Source of the DNA: Chara braunii
Lineage: Eukaryota; Plantae; Charophyceae
Assembly: GCA_003427395.1 (NCBI GenBank)
Contig: BFEA01000046.1
Span: forward strand, 2,754,509-2,818,508
Length of the DNA stretch: 64,000 nt
Direction of reading: 5' to 3'
The stretch's first letter is position 1. Each line of letters starts with the position of its first letter. Below the pieces are notes generated by a model. That model saw only the letters and a program-made list of their open reading frames with translations. It was not told the origin of the DNA and did no database searches. Below, piece after piece: positions 12,020 through 25,384 of this stretch. Made by a program: the position numbers and the translations under genes.

Positions 12020-13014
12020 GTATCACCATTTTATTTGTCGTGTAGCAAGAAAGTGATAGAATGGTGTCATAAATTTTGAAACGACTTATAAATAAGCATT
12101 TGAGAGGCTATGATGGTGTGGAAGACTCATCTGCTAGATAGATAAGCGATTATCTGCTCATTTTGCTTTTAAAGCTGAGTCTCAAAGTTTTATGAGACAT
12201 AATTCTGATTTCAAATGAGCATCCTCACTTTTGGGACTATGCATACGCTCCAAGTTTGACTATCCACCAACTAAAACTGATTCTAGGCTTGGTTGAATGC
12301 AAGTAGAGGTTATGTAAGGTTCGATTGTCCGTACGCTGACATCCTTTCACCTCTACGGGAACGCTTGGGATTGTTTTGTGTATATCAGTCTTTTATGACT
12401 TATAAAGTATGATATACGAGGTCATTTGTTTCTAATTGAGATCTGGATTTGTTGTGATTTGAGGCTTGTAAGAATTTCAGACTCGAGATAATCTTATTTT
12501 TTTTTCTAAGAGTCATTTTGGTACGGGTTTCGATTCCCCCAGGTTGCAGAGTCATGCGTGTTCTGGGTGTCATTGGCATTCTCATCATTATGGCCTTGTG
12601 GGGTTTTCTGTGTCTATTGTAATTGACATATGAGGAAGAAAAAAATTAACATTGCGAAGTAAAGGAGTGAGAAAAAGTCAAATGTCTGAACCAAAGAAGG
12701 TTCGATGAAGGGAAGAAAGGGTGATTATCGGTGAAGGATTTATGGGAGGTTTGAAGAGTCCAGAAAACTATATAAAGAGAGAGGTTATGCCTGAAGGTGG
12801 CCTAATTGGTTATTGGTTTCATCTGGACTTATACTGAAGCGAAAGATATTTTGGAGGTTATATGGATAGCTCATCCATAAGTGGGAGAAAACTGACAATT
12901 TTTTATGGTTGATTCTCCTTCAAGAGGGAAGGGGTCTTAATAAATTATATGGAATGCTCATCCTTGAGTGGGAAGGATAGCTGAAAGATTTTGGTTGAGA
13001 GATTTGCCTTTCTG

Positions 13015-13302
13015 ACATGTATACAACGACCACTCTGCCCAGGGCTCATAACTGTCAGTAAGGGACTCGCGGTAGGGAAACCTGTCATGTATACAGGACC
13101 CTCACTTAACCCTTGGTTATGGACTGCGAGTGGTTTAGTCTGCGTCAGAAGGTAGGGGTTATACTTTCATGTATACAACAATGTCACCCTACCCAAGGTT
13201 CACGGTTGCCAGTAGGGGAGACATGCGGCAGGGAAACCTGTCATGTATATGGGACCCTCACTTGGCCGTTGGTTGTGAACTGCGACTGACTAGCCTGCGA
13301 CA
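13015..13302 (+). repeat. Two-copy ~153-bp tandem repeat between gag and the 3' LTR
   Basis: CATGTATACAAC...GGGAAACCTGTCATGTATA...GGACCCTCACTT occurs at ~13015 and ~13168. Confidence 0.85.
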
Positions 13303-15046
13303 GTATTTTCCGTGATTGAGAAAACCCAAGGGGAAATGGTTGATTGTGGTGAGATTTTGAGAAGTATAGACTTTGAATTTTATGTGGAAGAAGATTATGA
13401 GAGTTTGCTCACTAAGCAAAGCCTATGAATGAGATTGATATGACTTCCTAATCCGTGATTGTAGTGGGTGGGGAGTGGTTTTATCCACTTTGTTAAAATT
13501 AGAGTTTGAAAAGTGTTCATGCTTAGCCGATTACTCGGCAATTATAGATTTCTATCTTCATCAGGAATTAAATGGTATTTCTTGACTGTTACCTTTTGCT
13601 TAGCTAATTTTGAGGAGTCAAGGCTTGGAGTGGATACAACTAAATGACCGTTTTGGCTGAAGGTAAGAATTTGAGGAAGTGACCGTATACTTTTTCTGAA
13701 GGCTATGTTTGAATGGTAATTGGTTTAAGCATCCGTTGTGACGCGGACGTCGCTTAATAAGATCCGGGCAAGTTGTCGTATCAAATACCCTTACAAGGGT
13801 ATTTGATGTGTTTTCTGCAAGTCACGTGAGTGTGGCCTCACCCACCCGACGGCGTGCGCGCGAGAGAAAGCTTAGGTCCTCGCAAGGGTGAGCGGCGCGG
13901 GCGGGGTATTGACGGCGAGACACAACCATGCGCAGGCTGGGTGTGCGTGACGTCATGGGCCAGGCAGACACACGACACTTCGTCCCCTTAATTTCTTTGT
14001 GTCTTCACGTTTATTCTTATTTTTACTTATAATGTTTCCTAATTCTAAATTTTTGTTAAGTTCCTTTGACTCGGTGATCAATTCCGAGGCCGATATCGGG
14101 ACCAACAGGCCAGGCTCCATTACGGTATCGCCGGGCACGGATGGCCGTCGCGGCAGTCGAGGACCTTGGGTGCGCGCCCTTTGGGTTGGCCCACGACGCA
14201 GGAGAAAAGGCTGAGTGGTGAGGCCAACTGATGCGTCGCACCGTCCGCCGACCACAATTATAGTGAAAGGTTTGTGTGTGAGCATGGCCGGGTGCAGGAG
14301 GACGGAGCGGCTAAGGGCACTATGGGGAGGTAGCTGTAGCCGCTTCTCCCATACGGGGCCCTTCTCCACGACAGGCCTCAAAGCTTTCATGGTAAAGGTG
14401 AGCTATTACTACCAAGATCTACATTGGGTCCGCTCCACGTGGAAACATGCTACAGGCCACCGCAGGCCCATGCCTACGATTTCGCGGCTCACTACCTCTG
14501 GGTGGGCAGGTCACTTAGGTCGTAGGATGGTGAACTTGCCTAGGCAGATTGGGCCCAGGGGTACTATGGCAAAGACTGTCTGATTGGGTATAGGAGCGGC
14601 AGGCTAATCGGACCACCTACGAGCGTGCTCCCTCAGAATATTTCTCAAGAGAGTTGGTGTTGTTGGGCGGGACGGACCGTGCGCTACAACGGAAGGCCGA
14701 CCTGGAGTTGTTACAGGTGCCTTTGTAGATCCAACCTCCATGACCACCGGCCGACTGTCGATATCAGACGCCCCACTGCGGTATATGTGATACTGTATCA
14801 GTTGGCGCAAAGAGCATGCGACAGGTGCCAGGACCGTGAGGCAGAGCAGCGAGCGACGAGCAGCTGCGGAGGGGAGTCGGAGGAGGAACCAACGGACGAA
14901 ATGAATCAGGGCGCATTTCAGCGCCGGATTCATTCGAAGAAAACAGCTATGGAAGGAGGGGTAAGTAGGATTGGAAAGCAAAACACCAGCCCGTTTCTTG
15001 ATGAAATCGGGCAGGGAAATAATTGATTCTGAGACTCTCGTACCGG

Positions 15047-18000
15047 TGTCGGGCGGTCGAAGGTCAGTCGGCCACCCTAGTTTTGGCAGATTGACCCTTG
15101 GAATAATTGGCTAGAGGGGGATCGACCGGGACTTTCGCCCGAACTATTGGAAAAAATTAGGGGTACCCCGAGCACCCTTAAAATTGGATATGACGACCGC
15201 TAAGACTAACCCTCGAAATTGACGAGAGGGACTGCCTCTTTTACCGCACTGACGTCTACCTCATTTCCGTCCGCTCCAAGCCTATCTCCGGAATGACTGG
15301 CCACGGGACGACAATGTGAGAGTGGGCCTTGGGATGGTCTTTCTACGTCCCACAACTGGCGCGGGGATGGGGCCTCAGATATAATTTATTTTAATATTAA
15401 AATTAAAAATGAAAAAGGGAATTAAAAACAGTGGAAGGGAGGAGAAAAATGGGATATTCTTTATTTTATTAAGTTTCCTTGCTATTTAATTTTAATGGGA
15501 TCGCCCTCATTATTTGTATTTTCCGGTAATAGAATTAAAAAAAATAATAATAAGAAAAAAAATCAAAACTATAAAAGAGGAAGAAAACATGAGAATTTTC
15601 GTTATTTAATTGAATTTTATCGAAATTCATTTTTGATGAAATTGCCTTTATTTGTATTATTTTCGATAATAGAATTAAGAAATACGAAAAACGATTAAAA
15701 AATGATAAAGGGAAAAAAACCGATAATTATTAAATGCTTGATCAAATTTTATTCAAATTATTTCCGATCGGGTTTAACCTCGGATTATTTATTTACTCGG
15801 TAATCGAGATCGCTTGCATGACTCACCTGACTTGCCTGATTCCCAGCCTTGCCGCGACCTATGTGTTATGAGTGTAGGATTGGATGGCTGCCGTGGTCTT
15901 GCCGCCGTGCTACTTCGGTTGCGCCGCTCGGCTTCTTTGCTTTGGTGTGGCTGCTGGTTCGGTTCGGGTACATGGTTCGGGGAGTTTCGGTATCACTACG
16001 GGGTTGCGGCATTCTACGTTGGTTCGACATCGGAGTGGTGCATGTCGCTCCGTCGTTTGCAGGATCGGTTTTGGTCTGGCATGGACATGGAACTGTTGGC
16101 TGGTGCTTACTTTCAGGTCCGGGACATGTTCGGTACTATCATGCCGCATCCGCATAACATGGTATTCTGCATCGAGCTGGTATGATGACGAAACAAACCG
16201 TTGTTCAGGTTCCATATTGGTACGGTATTCGGCATCAATCCAGTTCTCCATTGGTTCCGCACAGTGGGACAGGTACGACACATTGGGTCAAGACAGGCTC
16301 GGATTCGGTATGGTCGGTCGGGCATCGGTAGCGGCGAGGGTTACTTCCGATTGGCAACTGCAATATGGAATTATTAGCCAGGTACGAGTGTTCACACAAG
16401 AACCTTCCGGTACGACTACTGGGTTGATACAATCTATCCGGACGCAGCGAATGGCACCGCCATTACCGGTGGATCTGAGTTGTGGCTTAGGCCCTAGGTA
16501 CTGGTGCTGATTCAATAGCACAACTGGCCTTGGTGCAGATACTGGTGGGCTCCCTAGGACTGTGTGGGACCATCGCTGTTGTGGGTCTGCAAGCCTTGAT
16601 CCCCAAAAAACCTTATTTTTTGAGGCCCTCGGCCTGGCGCAGGGATCCGCATATAGCCAGGACAGTTGACAGATGACGGGGGGTTCCTTCGGAAGGGCAG
16701 GTGGAGGCAGTGTACCAGGTGTACCCCTCCCACGCAACAGTGCGGAACAGAGAGACACGAATACTGGTGAGCTGGGGTGAGTTTGTCGTCGGGGAACGGG
16801 CACCAGCGCTTGGAGCAGGGATTGATCAGCCCGGTTGGGGGCTCAGGCCGGGGGAGCATGGACATGGGGGATACGGACTGAGGGAGACGACAGCATAGTG
16901 AGCCGGGTGTACACAACCCACATCGGAGCGCGATCCGGAGAGGGTCGAGTTGCTCTCGTAGCGGGCCGTCGTTCCTGGTGTCTGCCACTCGCACCTTCAC
17001 ACAGCCCGGTTGGAGTCGAGGAGTAGGCGGACAAAGGTTATTAGGGGGCGTTCATAGTCCACAACAGGTTTTGATTGGTCAGCGAGAGAGGGGAGATTCG
17101 AGGCGGGCGCAGAGGCAGTAGTGCGCCTGGCGTGCGCCGCTCAGTATGAAGTACACGAGCGAGCTTGCTGAGAGAAGTCGTCCTGAGCATGTGGATAGAC
17201 GGGGCGATATCGAGGACAACCAAAGGGAGGCACAAATGAGCTCCCGTGAGTGAACAGGGAAGCGGCGCGCAGGTCGGGAGAGAATAATGGGCGTGGTGTA
17301 ACCCGTGTGCAGGAAGGAAGGTTGGGGTAAAGGGAGCTCTGTCGACACCCCTTCAAGGGTGGCTTAGCGGGGTGTGTGTAATTGCGACAGCGCCGCCTAT
17401 CAGACTGCTCCAATCTGGAACGCATTGAGTAGGGTCGAATCCTGCCCGAGAGAGGTAGGGGCTGTAAGGGGAAATCAGCGCGCTTGAGAAGACTCTTAAA
17501 GTGGGAGGTCTTGCCACCATCTTTTGCTCTTGGGTACTACCCTCCCTGTGAACCGTTATCTTTCTCCCTCGCGAATAACACCTGCGCTGTGAACTGTGGG
17601 AACGGCGAGAGGTCGAGGGAGGGAGTGTACCCGAATTCGAGCCATGACTGGGCACAGTAATGACAACATGATCGCGTGTGGGGCGGTATCACAGCGTCAT
17701 GCTTGCAGGAATGAAGATGACTTTCAGACCAATAGGTGACAGACGTTGGGCTCGTCCCATGACCGCCCGATTGGTAAGTAGTGTTGACCAGAGGTCCCTG
17801 AAGGAGTTTACCAGCGGGAAAGTTCTCAGAAAGGAGCATTTGTTTAGGTCAATCGTCTGAGATATGACTCTGGCTGCGAAAACGTTCACTTCAGCGTTAC
17901 CACAATCGTCGTCCCTAGCGTGTGTAGGGTGATGGAGGCTAACTGTAATCGGGCTACACTTTGGCTACTTCAGACTCGGAACAAGGGCAGACTCTCGGCT

Positions 18001-19446
18001 ATACTTCGGATTAACCCGTTCTGTCGAACGGTCAGTCCGCCATCTGAAATGAGCTTTGAATTTCTTTTCCTTTTTTTTGTTGAAAGGGACTCTTTTAACA
18101 ACGAACTGTGAGGGAGACAAGAGGGAGAATAAAGGGAGAGAGAACAGCGGGATAGATTAGAGAGAGAGAATGTGAGACGGAGCGAGTGAGAAAGAGGGAA
18201 CTGGAAACGAGACAGTGAGAAGGGGGAAGAAGTCCCCCCCAATCGTCCCTTTTGAATACTGCGAATGGCTGAATAGAACGAATTGATTTGAGTGTTCGGC
18301 CGAGAGGGGTCACACGTTTGTGTATTACGTTTCCCTTTCATTTATAATCAATTTCTTTTCTTATTTCCTTGGAACAAGGACTGCGATGATTATCTGAACT
18401 AGTTATTTAAAAAGTTTCTGGGAAAGTGAGTGGGAGAAGGAGATATGGTTGATGTTGCTGAAGTGCATCGGCGCTCTGAACGTTCAAGCGCAACTTCCAC
18501 AGACATACTGTTTCACATGTTTGGCTAACGGCCCTCCCCGTTTGTGAAGGGAAAGATGATCGGGAAACGTACACCCCTTAGTGTTTTAAGGGGCAGCTTG
18601 TCAACCGGCGCTCGATCTATTGGGAACAGAGCTCGCTAGGAGAGCTCGAGGCCTCGCCAGTGAAAGCGTCCAGCTTTTGGGCGCCAAGGGAGCACACATG
18701 AGACAAGAGATCCTACGACCAGGGTTAAAGCACAGCCTTGTTGAAACAGAAAAGGTTTGACTTTCGTAATTCATATTTCGTGATCTAATTGTAAATCGGT
18801 CCTGGTTGAGTGGTAATTCAAAAGGGGGGGAAGGAAGGCTATTCCCTGGAAAGGTTACCGGAGATGATCAGCGGGGCGGGAACCGTTACTACTCACTGAA
18901 AAACATCTTGGTTACCTGCATAATATTTGTGTATATATGTATATATTCGTATAAGAGTATATATATATATATTTATAAGTACTTATCTTGAAGGAGAGAG
19001 GAAAAAACAAGGGAATACTTTGGGGAACCACTAATTAGCGGTGAAGCGAAGGGTACCATTCTTTGGAAGCACCCCGAACTGGAACTCAAAGCTGAGACTT
19101 TTGCTGTGAGTGCTCGAGGCTATTTGATATTTGATGCAAAAGCTCTTCCAATTATATCTTCGTCTTTTCATGATCTTTGACTTTGTATAAAGCTCCCCCA
19201 TTTCTAGCAAGCCCTTGCGCTCTGATGATGGAGGGAAAAGGAACATAACTAGCGGTAAAATTTCCTCCACTCGCTGATGAAGAGATGGGGCTCACAGTGA
19301 TTACGCCCAAGAGTGTGACAGGCAATAACAAGCACAAATTCCCTGCTGGTCGCTGAGTACCTCGGAAGCGAACGCGGCGAGGTGACAGGCGCCGTAGCCC
19401 ATGGCTTCAGCGAACAGCAAATGACCCCTCCCCGGGTTTCCTCACA
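15047..19446 (+). mobile_element. 4.4-kb solo-LTR-like insertion (second family) with CCGG TSD
   Basis: TGTCGGGCGG...CCTCACA is flanked by CCGG at 15043..15046 and 19447..19450. The empty site GTACCGGGCGACC is seen at ~7601. A related 5' end recurs at 63164. Orientation is assumed. Confidence 0.88.
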
Positions 19447-22400
19447 CCGGGCGACCTCGTTTTTCACGTCGGAATTAGTAGAAGGTTAGTGTAGGGAGAG
19501 AAAGAAAGGAAAACTGGTGCGCGGAGATGCAGTGATGGCGGAGATGGAAAGATGTGATTATCACGAAACTCCGTCGATTCGCGACGAAATCGGCCGAGGA
19601 AAGAAGCGATCTAGGGGTTTTTCGGCAAGGAAAATCCATTAGAAGTGTTAGAATAGCAAAAAAATTAGTGTAGAGGGAGATTAGTACTGAAAAGCTTGCG
19701 TTGGGAAACAACGGGAGCGAAGGATAAAAGAAGCGGGAATTACAAGTCTCGTTCGTTTTTGGGTGAAGGCGGGCGAGAGAAGACCCTAAACAGGGGGTTT
19801 CAATGTCGAGCGAATTCATAGGTGGTGTTAGTTGTAATAGGAAGTCAGTTGAAGTAGAGTCGGGAGAGAAAGAGTGTGCGTCGGAGTGTATGGGGGACGA
19901 ATATGGCCGCTCGAAAAAACGAAAGTCCAGCTCTATCCTGGACGAAGTCGAGCGAAGGAGGATAGCCCAAGATTTTTTGCCATCATGAATGCGATGACAA
20001 TGACAAATTTCGCTATGGAGGTGCTGTTTTGGCTGTACAATAGTCTGAAGTTGCGCCGAAAGGGAAAATCGAAATAGTAATGTACCTTTCCGAGTTTTAC
20101 AGGAAGATTCATTTGATTATGCCCGTCATTTCTATAGAATTGTCGCGGGAAGGCAACGAAAGATAGACACTTCTTGTTACCTGGTGTGAGGTTCTTCCTA
20201 TATAGAGAAAGTTAATCTGTCTCTTTTCCCCTAGGTGCATCGTTGGAGGTGAGGCGGTTATAGCAGCGAGGTGTTACGTTGACACTCGGCAGTGTAGTGG
20301 CGTTCCAAACGTAATTTGAGGTGGTTGTCGCCCGACCAAGGTTATGGCGGGATTCGATGAACGCCGTACACCAGCGGGATAGAAGAGCTTACCTGCATTT
20401 ACCACAAATGAGAAGGACAAAATAGAACTTACCCAAGGGAATATATCGTTGTGTCAACGGCGCAGTGCTCCTGCAATTGAGGGAAGGAGAGAGGGAGTTG
20501 TTGTTTACAAACAAACGAGTGAACTGTAGGTAGCCAATTCTGACTACGTCAGGGCCAGCTATAACAGACCATTCGTAGGTGAGTCTGACCAGACTGCTGG
20601 TCTGAAGAATCAAAGGAGCAAGTGGGTGGGGACGGCAAGAGTATGCTCTCATTGATATTCGGATTCGGTGCTTTGGTTCTCCGCTATTGGAATACTGGTG
20701 CATTTTTGTTCTCCAAGCGGCATTATGACTGCTAGGGAGTGCGGTGGCCTCCCAACATTGGGAGAGTGGTGTGTGTGGGGCTGGTCGCCACCAGCAAGTG
20801 AGCAGGCATATTATAGATGGATTGGAAGGGAAGCACAGTTGTCGTTTGACGTGCTGTTGAGGAGCATTGTGCACTTGCCATACGTACAGTAGGGTGGCGG
20901 TTGGTGGTTGTGTTGTGGCTGCATGGATATCGTGCATGTTGTGCACTGCTAGCTACGAGTGTGGTGAGACCTGCGCTACGTACTATTACGGTGCTTTGTC
21001 TTTTGCGCACAGTTTTTGCGCACACCACGTGCTTTGCCCGATTGTACCTCCTCTAGGCTATGAAGCGACAGTTCGATTGGAGGTGGAAGACGGTGTCGGC
21101 GCGAATACCCTTACAAGGGTATCCGCCCTGGTTTTTGGATATGACAGAAAGTAGGTTTGGTTTAAAAATTGAAGTACACCGCGCGAGTCGCGACAGCCTC
21201 AACGGTTTATGTTGACTGGAAGATTGACTAGAATAAAGGGTGTGTGGGCACGCGGATTTAAGGCGCGCGTGATCTTTTTATTTGTTGATGATTGAAAAGC
21301 CGACGTGATCGCCGACCATATTTTTTCCTTCTCATTAAATAGGGATTAAGAAGACTGCGTCTCGTTGGCTGATGTGCTAGCGTGCGACCTATGCGTACGT
21401 GCGAAGGACGGCATCGACAACAGTGTGACTCCTGAAGGCGTTGCGGTAGCTTGGCGCGTCGCACAGTGCCCGTGTGGTTAGGCGTCCGTAAGAGGACAAA
21501 TCTGGACTTGGGCGTCGTGTTAGTGGTTACGGCGTCGGGCGTTCACTAGGGAGATTCAGGGAGCGAGATCGGGCAGCGACGACGTGCGGATATCAGAGTA
21601 GCACGGAAGGATCGAGGGGTTGAGGGTCTGGCGGGGCTATCCCCCTTGGTTTCGCCGATGGCGACGGCGAGACGGTGTTAGCATCCCGTCCTTTTTTCCC
21701 CGTCTGTCGTCCCTTGACGGTTAGGATTTCCCTAGATACCTTATTATTTTTGTCGTCGCCCGCCAACCACGAATTGGCCGCGGCGCGACGAGCACCGGGC
21801 ACCTCAAAGTCCCCATTTGAATGTTTGCTACTGCCTCCGAAGGTCGCACCGGGCCCAGAGCACCAAGGCCACGCATAGGCCTTGCAGCGGGCCGTGTGCA
21901 GGTTCCGTGGACGAAAATCCGGGGGGTCTGTTGCTCCCTGAATTGTAGTTTTGAGAGGCAACCTCTGCAGAGGGCCGCACTCTCAGCTCCGCGGCCAGCC
22001 GTCTGAACAAGAGCTTGCCCTTTGGGGGGCCGAGGCAGCAACGGGCACTGTGTGCATCGAGGAAGCGGTAGCAACGGGCGCCAGCATTTAGGTGGTGGGC
22101 AGCGCTCAGGGAGCCGACTGTAGTTAGTAGGGGCGGGGAAAGGAAGTCAGGAAGTGGGGGAATGAAACCGGAGGGGTTTCTGTGCCGGGTACATGCGCGG
22201 AGTAGCCAAGCGGAGCAGCGGTAGAGGGAGGATGAAAGGAGGCAGCAGGTGCGCAGGGGGGGCGGAGGACTGAGGTAGCGGGGCTGACCGGGCAGCACTC
22301 CGCGACACCGGACGGACTGGACGGGTGGGGCTGTGCGTGCAGATGGAGCACATAAGTCGGGGCGGGTCCGACAGTCGGCTGTTTGGAAGGATTGAGCACT

Positions 22401-24586
22401 GTCGGACCGCGCAGCGTCGAAGAGCCCAGGTGGTGACAACGAGAGTGGAGGAGGGGAGTGCAGGCCGGTAGTGCGGAGTAGCTGTAAGGGAAAGAAATGA
22501 TGACCGTGGGGAAGGAAATGGGTGGAGCCGGAAGAGATAGCGCAGGGGACGACTGGGAAAAAGCGGGCAGGTGGCACAACAGCGGGCGAACCCGGACGGG
22601 GGCAGGCACCAGGTACATGTAGGAAGAGGAGGCAGCGAGGGGGGCGACTGCGTTGGTAGGAAGAAGAGACCGTGAGGCGGAGTGGCGGGCGCAGCGTGGG
22701 GCTAGCCGGGCGACGCAGCGCAGCAGGGGGCGGACTGAGGGCTGGACGCAGCAGCGAGAAGTGAGGGAGAGAGGAAGGGACCCGGGCACGAATTTGCGCC
22801 GGGTACATCCAGCGAAAAAGGGGGGTTGAGGATGGCGGACTGCGAGCTTGAGCGCAACGGGAAGCGAGATCACGACCGATTGGAGATGGAATTGGGGGAA
22901 GGAAGGACCATAGTGACCTTTTTTACCCCGGGCGAGTTCAATGGTGTACTTAGTTTGGTGAAAGAGTCAGTAGGTTAGAAGTTAGTGAAGAAAAGTCCCG
23001 CGCCGAGCTATGGCGGGAGGGGGAAAGGAAGAAGAGGAAACGGGCATATCTCGCCCGATTCCCAACGAAAACGGGCGAACAAAGATCGGTTTTGGGGGTT
23101 TTGAGGTGGTCCGGATTGAATGGCCGCGCCTGATTTTCAAGATGAGCAGCGGGTTGGCTGGTACGGCGCGTTTGAGCTGCGCCTGGTGTTGGCTGGCATA
23201 CGGATGAACTTGGCCGTGATGATGGCCAGGTGCTTTCAACTCTTGAGATGAGCACAGCAGGGTAGGAGGGAAGTATGTCGGGGTCAGACGGCTAAAGGTA
23301 GAGTGAGCAGTGAACGTACCTGCCCGTATTCTAGCGGGAAGTTCATGCCCATCTTCCGCACCTGATGGGCGGAGGAATAGTCGCGGTGTTAGTACCCCTG
23401 GGCTATATCTCAGTCGTGCTCCTCTTTATCTCAACCTCGGCTGTCGTCCTTGTCAAGGAGGTGACTGCCGCTGAGTGGCGATTGTGGTGGGGGGGGGGGC
23501 AAACCGTTTTTTTCTAATTATTGCTTTTTTTTTTTTTTTTTTTTTTTTACGACGGCTACTTCCTCAGCCTCGAAGTAGTAACCNCCGCCAATCGACCGAC
23601 CATTTCCCATTCGAAGGCCACCGCCGCCGTCATCTGTGACTAGTAGTAGTCCTGACTGCAGTCCTGAGTCCATCCGTCTCTGGCCGGATTTCGGCCAGAT
23701 ACAACTATTGACCGGTGTTTGCAAAGGATGCATCGGAGGAAAAGGGGTGACACGTACCAGGGCTCGCTGAGTGTGGACAAGGGACCGTCCAGGTCCATTA
23801 AAAGGAGAGGGTGAGCGCTAACTAGGAGGATGCGAGGATAACAGATAGAGGAGAGGGGAGAGGCTGGCGAGCAGCGGGAAGACCGCGTGCAGACGGGCGG
23901 GAATTGAACATCGCATGAAGGGAAAGGAGACTAGGAGATGGCGAGTAGCTGGAGGAATTCGAAGGGCTTACCTGCCGATCGTATGAATTCCCTCATGTGG
24001 CCCGTTCTGATTTTGGGCAAGCAGACGGAGTGAGTATCTGACTGTCGGCAGAAATGTAAAGGACTGATACTTATAAAATTACGGGTGCTGATGTGCGGCA
24101 GTGGGTTGTGAAGTCCTTGATGGGCTTTCCCACTCACAGGTGTTGCTGGACTTTGTGGGGTGTGGCTGCTGCTGGCTGCCGCTAGCCGCATGAGCTACTG
24201 CTGCACACTGTTGCGCGTTGCTACCGACGACTACTACTGTTGCCATTGACCGGCGCTGAGTATTACCGCTGCGTCTGAAGGCTGCTGCAGGCTGAGGGAA
24301 ACGACCGTTGCTGCGTCGGTGAACGGTATACGGACTGCTGCTACCGGCGACTATCGCTGTTGCTATTGATTGCCATGGAGCACTGCTGCTGCTGGTGCTT
24401 GCCGTTGTTGACTGTTTTGGGCTGCTGTGCGGCCGTGATTGGGCTGAGGGGAGGAGTTGAGCATTGGGAAGGTAATCTGACCGAGCAACTCGAGGGTTAG
24501 TGCTGCAAATTGGGATGCCGTCAGGGGGTTGACTGCGGCAATCTGATTCCTTTAACCAAGTTGTCAGTTGGCTGTCATTGTCGGGC

Positions 24587-24771
24587 NNNNNNNNNNNNNN
24601 NNNNNNNNNNNNNNNNNNNNNNNNNNNNNNNNNNNNNNNNNNNNNNNNNNNNNNNNNNNNNNNNNNNNNNNNNNNNNNNNNNNNNNNNNNNNNNNNNNNN
24701 NNNNNNNNNNNNNNNNNNNNNNNNNNNNNNNNNNNNNNNNNNNNNNNNNNNNNNNNNNNNNNNNNNNNNNN
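24587..24771. other. Assembly gap (185 N) with duplicated flanks
   Basis: 24493..24586 is identical to 24772..24865, consistent with an unmerged contig overlap. Confidence 0.92.
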
Positions 24772-25384
24772 AGGGTTAGTGCTGCAAATTGGGATGCCGT
24801 CAGGGGGTTGACTGCGGCAATCTGATTCCTTTAACCAAGTTGTCAGTTGGCTGTCATTGTCGGGCCCTCAAGCGACTGAAGATATCGAGGCCCTCTCCTG
24901 TGAGTTTAAGTGCACCCCTCTTGGATCTGAGAGTCTCAAAGTGACTCCTTCTGCCCGTCTTGTTCTAAGTCTAGTCCGTTTGGTTCTGAGAGGAAGGCGG
25001 CAGGCAGGATTGCAACCCGTAATCCGCGCCAAGGCCTCTGTGGAAGGTTGCCCCACCGATTGAGGGAGCTCTGCCGGAACTCAAGAGGAGTTCTGGAGGC
25101 AGGGAACTGAGTGGTAATTCCCTGATTCCCTCTATAAACCCAGTCATAGCCCATATCTATACTTCTTTGTACGTTTGACTAATTGTGCTGCATGCATCCT
25201 GTACTTTGACTTGGTTTGACTTTCAGGATGCGAACTCAGACTGAGATAAAGAAATGTGTGTGCAAGTTCAGTTTCAGACTTTGTTTTGTTGCCTGAAAGC
25301 AGACTGTGAACAGAGGGGGTTGCATCTGGGGGAAGGTTGGGAGGAAGGCAGTGTTGCACGCACACTGATTGGGTCGTTAAGGCT

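Noticed and set aside
21593-23255. Long minus-strand ORFs (326 aa, 249 aa)
   Set aside because: Overlapping Pro/Arg/Ser-rich frames in very GC-rich LTR DNA with no recognisable domain.
24493-24865. 94-bp direct repeat around the N run
   Set aside because: Identical flanks at a scaffold gap indicate an assembly overlap artefact.
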